Shown: positions 13,790 through 24,720 of the stretch, piece after piece
Layout of the letters: each line of letters begins with the position of its first letter
Position numbering within the stretch: position 1 is the first letter of the stretch
Assembly (NCBI RefSeq): GCF_001194135.2
Contig: NC_068992.1
Span: 15,390,805 to 15,454,804 of the forward strand
Reading direction: 5' to 3'
Source of the DNA: Octopus bimaculoides
Taxonomy: Eukaryota
DNA length: 64,000 bases
Program-made: the position numbers and the translations under genes
Notes under the pieces: model-generated
What the model saw: the letters and a program-made list of their open reading frames with translations, nothing else
What the model was told of the DNA's origin: nothing
Database searches by the model: none

Positions 13790-14285
13790 GGAGCGAAGGA
13801 GAGAACGTGAAAGAGATAGGGAGGAATGGAGAGAGAGAGAGAGAGAGAGGAGAGAAGAGAGAGAGAGAAGAGAGAGAGAGAGAGAAGATAGAGAGAGAGA
13901 GAGAAGATAGAGAGAGAGAGAAGATAGAGAGAGAGAGAAGATAGAGAGAGAGAGGGGGGAGAGAGAGAGATATGAGAGTGAGTTGAGATGACAGAAAATG
14001 TGGATGACGAAAAGAAAGATAGATGAAGAAGCTAAGGAGAAGGAGAAGAATGTGAAGACAAAGAAGATGAAGAAGATGAGAATAAAGAAAAAAAGAGAAG
14101 TGAAGAAGATGATGAAGGAACATACGAAAAAGAGGTAGAAGAAGAGGAAGACGAAGAGGTAGAAGAAGAGAAAGAAGAGAAAGTGGAGAAGGAGATGAAA
14201 GTGTTGGAGGATGAGAAGAAGAAGAGGTACATGTGGTGGAGGGTAATAAGAAGAAGAGATCGAAGACAAAGAAGAAGAAGGCAGT
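13790..14285. repeat. (GA)n/(GAA)n polypurine tract
   Basis: Direct reading; ~500 bp with very few pyrimidines on the + strand. Confidence 0.95.
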
Positions 14286-14727
14286 GACCAATAGATAATG
14301 AAAGCATATAACCAACGGGGTCTTTCGCTATTGAGGAATTTTCTTTAATTTAGTGAGAGATAATCGTTGTATTCAACCGTTAGAGAGATTATAGGTTGAT
14401 CTAACATATCTGTGCTAAATACCGTTTTTTCCACAGTTTCACACACCCAACATACACATAAAAACATACACACATATATACACACAATCTATCTCTTTGC
14501 CTACAGATATGTATGCATGTGCTTATGTGTGTGCATGTATCAATGTGTGTGTGTGTTTGTGTTTGTGAGCGTGTGTGTGTGCGCGTGTGTGTGTGTGTGT
14601 GTGTGTGTGTACACAAAACTGTGACGAAATCATAATCAGGAATTAAGTACAAAGCAAACTAAGCTACTACTCAGTTTCCCACAGATTATGTTTATCAAAC
14701 ATACAAAAACCTATGAATGGTGAATCG

Positions 14728-14872
14728 TAAGAAGCTTGTTTCCCAACCACAGATTTCCAGGCTTAGTCTCGCTGTGTGGCACCTTGGTCGAGTGTCCTCT
14801 ACTATAGCCTCGAGCCAACTAAAGCCATGTTAGTGGATTTGGTAGACGGAAGAAACCCGTTGTATATGTATA
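14728..14872 (+). mobile_element. tRNA-derived SINE, group B, 5' half
   Basis: GTAAGAAGCTTGTTTCCCAACCAC...GTGGCACCTTGG..GAGTGTC.TCTACTATAGCCTCG...GTGGATTTGGTAGACGGAA. Inverted homologues at 23983-24140 and 35990-36132. Confidence 0.85.
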
Positions 14873-14974
14873 TATAAATATACACATAAAAAATATTTTA
14901 AGTAAAATGCATTTACAGAGATATATAAATGTATAGGGAATAATTATACTTAAGGACACAAACAGTTATCATGC

Positions 14975-15690
14975 CTATATACTGAAAGAACGCGCCGAAA
15001 TGTACAATATATAGTTTTGCTTTTGTCCTTATGTCGAAAAGAAGCTATGTGATTAGAATAGCGATTTTTAAATACTCCTTCATATAATTCAATGTCGGTT
15101 TTTTTATCGGTCGTATTATCATCTAGCGTTGCAGTAACCTCTGCCTCATATATGACATAGCAAATCATACATCGTGTGTTAAATAAAACAGCATCCTGGA
15201 CCGTGACATTTGCAACTGGATTTAGGCTCTTGGTGTTGACTTCCTGTAATAAACTCTTCGCATTGGGGAAGCAGCTATATCATAATTTCACAGAACACCA
15301 ATTAAATAATTTCCTGTACTTCTAAGTTGCTGGAAAATACTTGTCTACGAGAGACAAGAACCTTTTACCTCTGTTACATTTTACATTAAGAGAAAAGGGA
15401 GGGGCGAACCAAATTATTTTCTTTGGTCTATTTTTAGGTCTATTACTATTCAGATTAATATTAAAGAGGTTATCTATTACTTTACCTTTAAAGCCACTAA
15501 GTCTATTATTATCATTATTCTGATTAATATTAGAGGAATTATATATTAATTTATCATTGAAGCTACTATTGGCTTGGGCTATATAACAAATTTATAGCAG
15601 TGGGGGGCTGCGTTCTCGAAAATTTCTTTAGAGAAAAACTAGTTAGACATTCTGTTATTAATATTAGCTACCAGGTTTTAAAATTCCGCC
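14975..15690 (-). mobile_element. Decayed Penelope-like element (RT thumb/linker + GIY-YIG endonuclease)
   Basis: Minus-strand translation: FSKEIFENAAP, then [52 protein letters not shown], then VIYEAEVTAT...EGVFKNRYSNHIASFRHKDKS. These match the PLE WFNPP...YSC linker and GIY-YIG motifs. Confidence 0.88.
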
Positions 15691-15974
15691 AATACCTGAA
15701 TAACTTCTTTTCCCATGGGAGATAACTCTTTTACCTTTTTACTTATTTCCAATGACTGTCGTGTTCCGCTTATTTTTTTCGTTTTCCATTTTTTTAACCT
15801 TCCACCTTTCTATACGCTTTCTTCTCAGCTTTCCGCGTTCCTTCTCTCATTGAATTTCTAGCTCGTTATACTATGTGATTTGTGCCTGATGACTGTGCTG
15901 GGATGTTGCACATCATTCATTATTTGGCATGTTCTCAGTTTAGAAAAAAACTTTTAGTAGCACATCAAAATATG

Positions 15975-16037
<63 letters not shown>

Positions 16038-16344
16038 CGTTGCACAACACACCGCTGAATGATATAAATTCACTTTTAATTCATCCGAATGCACTCGGAC
16101 ATGAGAAGACTCTTTCTTTCGGAAGTAAGCCCAGGAGAAATTTATGGTACCTTCCGATGAGTTATTTCTATTTCTCTCTCTCTGAACGTGTATATATATA
16201 TATACATGTATGTATGTATGTATACATATATATATACACACACACACACATATATATATACACACACACACACATATATATATACACACACACACACATA
16301 TATATATACACACACACACACATACATATATACACACACATACA

Positions 16345-16378
<34 letters not shown>

Positions 16379-16477
16379 CACACACACACACATACATACA
16401 TATATATATATACACACACACACACATACATACATATATATATATACACACACACACACATAAATACATATATATAC

Positions 16478-16510
<33 letters not shown>

Positions 16511-16519
16511 CACACATAC

Positions 16520-16562
<43 letters not shown>

Positions 16563-16630
16563 CACACACACACACACATACATATATATATACACACACA
16601 CATATATATATATACACACACATACATATA

Positions 16631-16714
<84 letters not shown>

Positions 16715-17017
16715 NNNNNNNNNNNNNNNNNNNNNNNNNNNNNNNNNNNNNNNNNNNNNNNNNNNNNNNNNNNNNNNNNNNNNNNNNNNNNNNNNNNNNN
16801 NNNNNNNNNNNNNNNNNNNNNNNNNNNNNNNNNNNNNNNNNNNNNNNNNNNNNNNNNNNNNNNNNNNNNNNNNNNNNNNNNNNNNNNNNNNNNNNNNNNN
16901 NNNNNNNNNNNNNNNNNNNNNNNNNNNNNNNNNNNNNNNNNNNNNNNNNNNNNNNNNNNNNNNNNNNNNNNNNNNNNNNNNNNNNNNNNNNNNNNNNNNN
17001 NNNNNNNNNNNNNNNNN

Positions 17018-17098
<81 letters not shown>

Positions 17099-17280
17099 TA
17101 TATGTATATATATATACACACACACACATATATATATATATATACACACACATATATGTATATATATATATATACACACACACACACATATATATATATA
17201 TGTATATATATACACACACACATATATATATATATACATATACGCGCGCGCGCGCGCGCGCGCGCGTGCGTGCGTGCGTA
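15975..17280. repeat. Compound (TA)n(CA)n microsatellite field with gap, ending in (CG)12
   Basis: Direct reading. (CG)12 at 17243-17266; interrupted by unique sequence at 16035-16190 and by an N gap at 16715-17017. Confidence 0.97.
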
Positions 17281-20273
17281 TGGACAGTGAGAAGCAGACA
17301 GAGAAATTATGTGAGGTATGAAAGTAAAGGGTACGTCTAGCATGCAAAAATGCGCAGCTAAAGTTCTATTAACGATATTACTAATCAAATATTCCGCTTA
17401 ATATGAAAGTAGCTTCATCATTAATGTGTTGAGAAGTGTAATTTGATAGACTGTGTATCTGTGACTGCAAGCTGACAACTATGTCCCGAAGCAGTAAAAG
17501 CTCAGCTCAATATTTGTATTATGCCAGGTCGAAGGGGGTTAATATCGCATCCAAAATCGAATAATTGATGGAAGGTCCTGCATCAAACTAAATTTTCTCT
17601 TTTTGTCGAGTCTGTACATTTCTTTTGTTTTTGGTTTTATCACCGTTTTCCTAGATTCATTTATTCCTGCAGTTTTGTATAACCAACTCTCCACTCCCAT
17701 GTTGCAATACTTCTTTAAAGACTCACTTCTACCATCAAATCTTTTGATCTCATAAACAAATATACCGCTTTCTTTCTTCATTACTTTCTCTTCTCGCACT
17801 CTCTCTCTCTCTCTCGTTCTCTCTTTCGCTGGCTCTCTCTCTCTCTCTTTCTCTCGTTGTGTCGCTGTTGTCTTTCACTCTTTCTCTCTCTCTCTCATGC
17901 TTTCTTGTTCTCCGTTTCTCCTTTGTATTATGTTATGTGTGTGTGTACATATATATGCGTGTGTGTACATATATATGTGTGTGTGTGTATGTATGTACAC
18001 ATATATATATACATATATACATGCGCGCGCGCGCATACACACACAAACACATATATATACACACACACATTAAGAGTCTTTCACGTAGATTTACGCACAT
18101 ATGTGTGTATATATGCGTACTGAGATATAGAGAGAAATAGATAGATAGATAGATAGATAGATAGACAGTTAAAAATGAATAAAGATATAAATATCATACA
18201 ACATACATTCACGATTCATTGAAATTATCGCCGCAAGAAAGGAAGGTAGAACAACCGCCTGGTGGCAAATGAAATCAGTTCCAATTTAGAACAGGATTAA
18301 TCTCAAGAACAATCTCGTGCTATTACCCAACTGTTAAAGAAGCGAAAATGATTTATATAGAAAGACTTCAAGAAGCCATAACGGCTCCGAAAAAACATTA
18401 TTGTGGTCAAAATGTATCTGTCGATATCCGTTAGTTCCTGTCTCAGCTAAGCCTCGATTCCAAAACCCCTCTTAAAAAGAGGTTTCTGCGTTGATACGGC
18501 TCTGGTTCTTAATTGTCTGCTTTCTGATCATTAGAATCAGTCCCTGTCCTACTCCAAAAGAAGATTTCTTGAGACTAATCCCTTTAACATGCAAAGCCTG
18601 GGGCCTATTTTTGTCTTTGATGTACAGTCAACATTGCCGGAATTGTTAATTGAGCCATACTAGGTAGAAATTTTTGCTTTCACCATGTTTCGACTCTAAA
18701 GGTGGCATCGAAAATAAACCATACAATGGTAGCGCCATGGTATGTACACTGGCGTTCATTTCCCCACTGTGGTTTGTGCTGCCTCAATATCAATCCTACA
18801 ACCAACACTAAAAGCAGCGGAGAAAAGATTCATACCTTCATCATGTCTGTTTCTAGTGTTGCGAACTGGACGCCAGTAATGGCAGATTAATTCAAGTGTT
18901 GCATAAAATGTCTTGCGGTATTCCTTTCGGTTTTTTGCTTTCTGAATCCTGCCAAAATCAACTTTGCCTTTGATTCATTTGGGGTTAATAAGATACGGCG
19001 CCAATCTAATACTACGGTCGATATTTTTTGTAATACTCCTCAAAATGCTGGCCTTTTGCCTGTAACATAAACAATTATTACTTTCTGATATAAGCGATCG
19101 CAGCTGTCTCAAAGCTGAGCACTCAAGAAAGGAAGACAGTTTTAACAAATCATATATTCTTAACTACCTTAAGTTCTTTTTCGTTTGCTCGATAGAAATA
19201 AGCGTTTAAATACACTGTTCGTACGTGTAAATGCATACACACGCATTCACACACACACATACACACGAGCGCAAACGGACACACACACATGCACACACAG
19301 AGTGTGAAAAAGTGTCTAGATATATATTTATTCCGTTGATAGCACATACATGATTATTCGTGTTTCATAAGAGTTCTGAAAGCGTATGCACTTCGCTAAT
19401 CACTTATGAAAAAAATAACCTACCGATAAAAATTCCTTGGTAATAATTTCATCGAAACGTAATTCATTCTGTAGAACAATATTCTTGGTCAAATAACGGC
19501 GTACATAAATACAATAACTGTTTCGAAGAAACCTACTTTCGCATGAGACTTTCTATAGAGAATAATTTGGATAAGCAATATTTCACTGCAAATATAGTAT
19601 TCTTTACTGTAACTTATGATAAGCGAAGAGTGTTGCGTTGTAAATAACATACTGGAGTCTATCAAGTGCAAAACATTGTCAGGCACAAAATATGAACACA
19701 ATGAGATTGGAATTATGAGTGGTTGGTTATGCATGGATATGTATTTGTGTGTGAAAGTGTGATGAATGTGGTTCGGTGCGTTTACGTGTGTGGAAGTTTG
19801 TGTGTGTATCTGTGCGAAAGTGTGTATGGTGATTGTTCTTGCACAGCACGTGAATGGACATATGCATTTATACGCGTATGAGTTTATGTAGGTAGGTATT
19901 GACGGATACAACATGATTAAGAATGGTGTTTCGCAATCGTGGGGTCTCGGGTTCAATACTAATCTGTGGGGTCTTTGGGGAGTGTCTACTGCAATAGTCA
20001 CGAGTTAAAGTATTGCGCGAATAAAATGGGTCCATAGAAACGGCAGAAGGTATTCGAATAGATTTAGCGGAGCATGTTATTCAAAGTTCCATCCTTGTCC
20101 CATTCAGTGTCATTCTAAATCTGCCCCACGATTAGTTTAATGGTAGACATGTCTGCGGAATTAGGAGCCGTTTACATGCTAACTCGATGAGCAGATTGTT
20201 CAATTGTTCTATATGTAAATTCTGCACTGAGACTGACTAAAATCTATTTACGCGTATACACGCGCGCGCGCGC

Positions 20274-20304
<31 letters not shown>

Positions 20305-20337
20305 GCCTGAACAGGATAAACTACCCCTATTTTGCAG

Positions 20338-20343
20338 AAAAAA
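20338..20343 (-). terminator. Putative Pol III terminator (T6)
   Basis: AAAAAA on the + strand just downstream of the minus-strand tRNA-like sequence. Confidence 0.45.
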
Positions 20344-20351
20344 GTGTGGGC

Positions 20352-20427
20352 AGCCAGCCATGAGACACGAACTCATACCTCCGTGATTACGCATCGCGGT
20401 GCTCTCGACCATTTAAGCTAAACTGCT
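20352..20427 (-). pseudogene. tRNA-like sequence (CGT, Thr-like anticodon), probably a pseudogene or SINE head
   Basis: Reverse complement folds as acceptor 5/7 pairs, D stem GCTT/GAGC, anticodon arm CGCGA-TGCGTAA-TCACG, T arm ATGAG-TTCGTGT-CTCAT. T6 lies 8 nt downstream of the discriminator base. Non-canonical G33 and T58. Confidence 0.65.
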
Positions 20428-21347
20428 CAGCCACAAGTTTTTCTGCAAATTTAAGATGTCTAGAAATCTCGCTTTATGAGACGCTATCATATGTTAAATT
20501 CAAATTACGATAAACATAAACAAACAAATGAAGTTTGCTTTTAGAAGCGTTGAGATGTCTTAGAAAGTTAAAGAAGTGATTTTAAATTCCCGAACGCAGG
20601 ATAATGCTCATAATATAGCCTGAACAGGATAAACTACCCCTTTTCCGCATTGTTGAAATTTATTGTAATGTATTTCATGTTTTAAAATGTTGCTTACTTT
20701 TTACTAAGCCTGACATATTATGCATTCGTTCCTATGTATGTTGTATGTATCTCCCGTGTTTACCGAGATACTTAGATAATTTCCAGCGGAAATTGGTCCC
20801 AGACCTTGACTAACTTAATTGTACAATCTGGAAAAGATATATAAGGATGTTTCAGATTACACCTATTCTTTGGGTTCCGCAACCCATTCTAGCTACTCTT
20901 TGCAGAGATATATCCGGGTGTTGGTAGTTTATCCGGAATTGGTCGGAAATATTCATCCTGGAACCGTTTGAATGTTATGAGGTCGTTTTTTTATACTTAT
21001 GAGCTTTGTCATGATGTTAAAGGGAGTATGTATATCTGTGTGTATGTAACATATACATAGATTTATGAATCCATGTATGCATTCATATTTGTAAATATAT
21101 GTATTTCTATGCAAGAATGTATATATATTTTTTAAATATGCCTTTTTTGCGCATCTATATCATAAGCATAGATTTGTGTGCGTATGTTTATGTATGTAAT
21201 TGAAAATGTATATTACATATGAAACTTTTACTATGCTTTACCTATTTTCACGATATATATATGGTGGCTTGTGATCTCTTGATTTAGCTTACTATTATTA
21301 TCTATTATTTACATTATATACATTTCCAATGCTATTCTGCTTAATAG

Positions 21348-21423
21348 ACATTCTGCTGCCAGCCTATAACGAGCGCAGAAGGGTCCTTGAATCCGCCATT
21401 AATTTCCTGTGCGTCAGACCTGT
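21348..21423 (+). other. Candidate internal coding exon (76 bp)
   Basis: ctattctgcttaatag|...|gtaagt. GC-rich relative to the flanks. Two open frames: xILLPAYNERRRVLESAINFLCVRP or TFCCQPITSAEGSLNPPLISCASDL. Confidence 0.35.
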
Positions 21424-21751
21424 GTAAGTTAATGTTTGACTGTAAGCATTTTGATTTACATAATGAAGAACTTACATTAGAGTTCTATAAAGAAGCTTGC
21501 ATCAAATATTTGATATATCACTTCTCTGATAGTGAAAATATTTTCTTATTCATTGAGTTCTTACTTCTTGAGAAATCTGGTCTGATTTCAGATTACACAT
21601 ACACACACAGATATATATATATAGATATATATATATATATACATACACACACACACACACATACGCATATATATATATATATACACAGATGCATATATAT
21701 ATATGTGTCTATGTATATATATATATATATATATATACACACGCACACATA

Positions 21752-21794
<43 letters not shown>

Positions 21795-22498
21795 GTACAG
21801 AGAGAGAGATTACATGGAAGTTGAAACAGATAGCTAGCAGGCAAAGGGTGGATTTCTAATGCCAATATTTATATATAGCGAAATAACAATTTCCAAATGC
21901 TGGTTGAATAAACATCGAAAATCTGAATGCATCGTGGAATGATTACTATGCAAGAGATTACCTTTCTCTAAAAACAATATTTATAAAAACTGTGCCCTGC
22001 TAAGGTAAAGAATCCTGCCTTTTTGGGTTTTTTTCTCTTTTTCTTTTTCTAAGCTGTTTTTTTTTTTTCTTTTTAGGTTTCTGTGACATTTCATAATTTA
22101 ATCCTTAAAATTGTACTTCGCTGAATTCATGCTCAATAAATAACCTTACCAACACAGGTATACACACGAGCACAGACACAACGATATGTACTCACAATTT
22201 CTTGTATGTGTGTTCCCTGGTCGTCAATCGACGAATCCTTTCCGAAAAGCTCTCTTCTCAAATCTCATGATATTATCTGAGTGAAAGGTGAAGACAACGA
22301 TCTTCAAAAATCGAGCAAGAAACGCCATACAGAAACGCCATCATTTCTTCATCAGAGCCTCGCGAGTTATTCATATCTTGTTTTGTAACTTTTTGCATTC
22401 GTAAATGACGAATAAATAGCTAGTCAAAGGAACTCTGCTGCAGACCTCGAATCATTTCATTTATAAATGTATATGCAACAGCTCAAAAAAGTTTTAAA

Positions 22499-22561
<63 letters not shown>

Positions 22562-22621
22562 CAACAACAACATCGATAAAATACCTTAGGAATGAGAACC
22601 CAGGTTCGAAATTTCCCGAAG

Positions 22622-22665
22622 ACACCGGATGAAGGCTGGAGGGTATATCAATAGAAACGTTGTGT
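22622..22665 (+). ncRNA. Degenerate minimal hammerhead-like motif inside a ~170 bp repeat (22572-22741)
   Basis: ACAC-CGGATGA-AGGCTG...-GAAAC-GTT-GTGT. Stem I is ACAC/GTGT with a palindromic AACGTT. U4 is G and the 3' side of stem II is disrupted. Confidence 0.5.
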
Positions 22666-23162
22666 TAACAACAAACAAGATGAGGACAAATATCCGTCAA
22701 ATGTAAATAATGTACATAATTCCTAATCTCTTAAATATAGAAGTATAATATCTGAGAAAATAATTGGTGGAAATATAGTAAAGTACTTTTGTCACCACTA
22801 AACTTGATTTAAGTTTATCGGGGCAAAACAACAATATCAACATGCTTTTCTAAAAGTCTACATTTTACTGCTAACTACTCTCCTATTCGCCCACCAACTA
22901 AAACTGTACTGCGTAACTTTTGATGAGTTCCAGATGAGATATGTAAAGACTATGTGGAGGTAAGCATTAGTCGTATTCATCTAATTTAGTAGGAACGAGA
23001 TGCCACCCAGGGCGATATCTGAATAGGATTTCCACGTTGGATTACTTTAAGAATGATGATATCAAAAATTTCAGTTAATGATTGAATACATTTTGACACA
23101 AAAATACACTGCACATCGCAATTTCTATATATGTGCGCGTGTGTATATACGTATGTATGTAT

Positions 23163-23397
23163 GTCATTATTCAGTTTATATGTATGTATGTATGTATGCA
23201 TGCATGCATGTATGTATGTATGTATATATGTCATTATTCAGTTTGTATGTATGTATGTATGCATGCATGCGTGTATGTCATTCAGTTTATTTCAATATTT
23301 CTTGCCAATAGAGAAAGAACCGGTTTCTAACCTAGAACCAAGGCTCCTTCATTGGAATTTCAACATCAATAACAGGCTATATATATATATATATATG

Positions 23398-23429
<32 letters not shown>

Positions 23430-23513
23430 TGTATGTCATTATTCAGCTTATTTCAAGATTTCTTGCCAATAAAGAAAGAGCCGGTCTTTAACCTAGATCC
23501 AAAGCTCCTTCAT
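23163..23513 (-). repeat. Four serial fragments of one retroelement-like 3' end, each with a (TACA)n tail
   Basis: GTCATTATTCAG or a variant starts at 23163, 23230, 23277 and 23435. The last two continue TTTCAA.ATTTCTTGCCAATA.AGAAAGA.CCGGT...GCTCCTTCAT. Confidence 0.8.
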
Positions 23514-23534
23514 GTATGTATGTATGTATGTATA

Positions 23535-24140
23535 TTCCTTTTATTCTTTTATTTGTTTTGGTTATTTCACTGCAGCCATGCTGGAGCACTGCTTTTAGTC
23601 GAACAAATCTACCCCTGGACTTATATTTTGTATGCCTAGTACTTAATCTATTGTCAAGCGATGGTGGGGAGACACACAAATATATACATATATATTACGT
23701 CAAATGTAAACATAAGTTTGTCTTTGAAGCGATGAAATGCATTATAGTACAAGTAGAAAGATATATTTTTCAACGTGTAAGTACTAATAGAACAGCATAT
23801 GTAGGATAAAATGCTTACAGAGTAGAAAAATCTGGTTGCTAACAGATTTTTCTGCTCTGTAAGGATTTTATCCTATATATGCTGTTCTGTCAGTTCTTAT
23901 GCGTTGAAAAATATATCTTTCTACTTGCACTTATATATATATATGTATATATATATGTACATATATATATATATATATATATACGACGGGCTTCTTTCAG
24001 TTTGCCTCTAGCAAATCCACTCACAAAGCTTTGGTCGGTCCGAGGGTATAATAGAAGACACCTGCCCAAGGTGCCACGCTGTGGGACTGAACCCGGAACC
24101 ATGTGGTTGGAAAGCAAGCTTCTTATCACAGTCACACTTG
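23535..24140 (-). mobile_element. Group B SINE (head 23983-24140, tail 23535-23690) split by internal microsatellite and a hairpin insertion
   Basis: Head reverse complement: AAGAAGCTTGCTTTCCAACCACATGGTTCCGGGTTCAGTCCC. Tail reverse complement: CATCGCTTGACAA...TAAGTACTAGGC...GTGCTCCAGCATGGCTGCAGTG. Confidence 0.8.
23747..23930. repeat. 184 bp near-perfect hairpin (foldback/MITE-like)
   Basis: Outer arms GTACAAGTAGAAAGATATATTTTTCAACG / CGTTGAAAAATATATCTTTCTACTTGCAC. Inner arms GAACAGCATATGTAGGATAAAATGCTTACAGAGTAGAAAAATCTG / CAGATTTTTCTGCTCTGTAAGGATTTTATCCTATATATGCTGTTC. 8 nt loop. Confidence 0.95.
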
Positions 24141-24319
24141 CGCTTATGTATATATGTATACACACACATACACACACACACACACAGTATAATACAAGTC
24201 TCGAATTTATGGTATTCTTTTCATTTCTGTGGCTACAATTGTTTCAATACATCATGGGAAAAGTATTTCATGAACATTAACATTAATATTAATAATAATC
24301 TTTTAAGCTATATACACGA

Positions 24320-24720
24320 GGTTATTCTACCACTCGTTGGCCTCGGCCGGCTTAGCGTTCACGGCATCTACGCTCGCTACGATGCCCTCCTACTTCATTG
24401 GATTTCGGATAGTCGCCAGACTGGCGAAGATATCAAAAGTCAATATGGGTCACACGTTCAGGAATGTAGGAGCGACATGGCCTCAATATAAAGATCCTGA
24501 AAATGCTCAATGCCATTCCCTGTAAATCTGGTTTTATAATAGAGTGACATTCTCCTAGAGAGGTGCTTTAACCCAATTTCTAAGGGCTCGTGCTGCTGAT
24601 TCATAATGGCTGAATATATATGCAAATATACACTATATGCAAATGAGGTAGAGGAAAACTGCATGCAAACCCATCGAAAGCATTGAAGCTGTTACTTCAA
24701 GGTCAAAATTTGTAACAGGG
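24320..24720 (+). mobile_element. Possible decayed L1/Tx1-like ORF2 C-terminal fragment
   Basis: LVGLGRLSVHGIYARYDALLLHWI (cf. GGLGLP...ALLLRW), then RGALT, then IESIE/LLLQ across frameshifts (cf. zf-RVT). GC-rich relative to the flanks. Confidence 0.45.

Noticed and set aside
18190-18930. GC-richer block with faint CR1-like RT words (SFPHC, NWTPV) and a CTCF-like CCGCCTGGTGGCA
   Set aside because: The matches are too short and disrupted to call, and a single motif hit is expected by chance.
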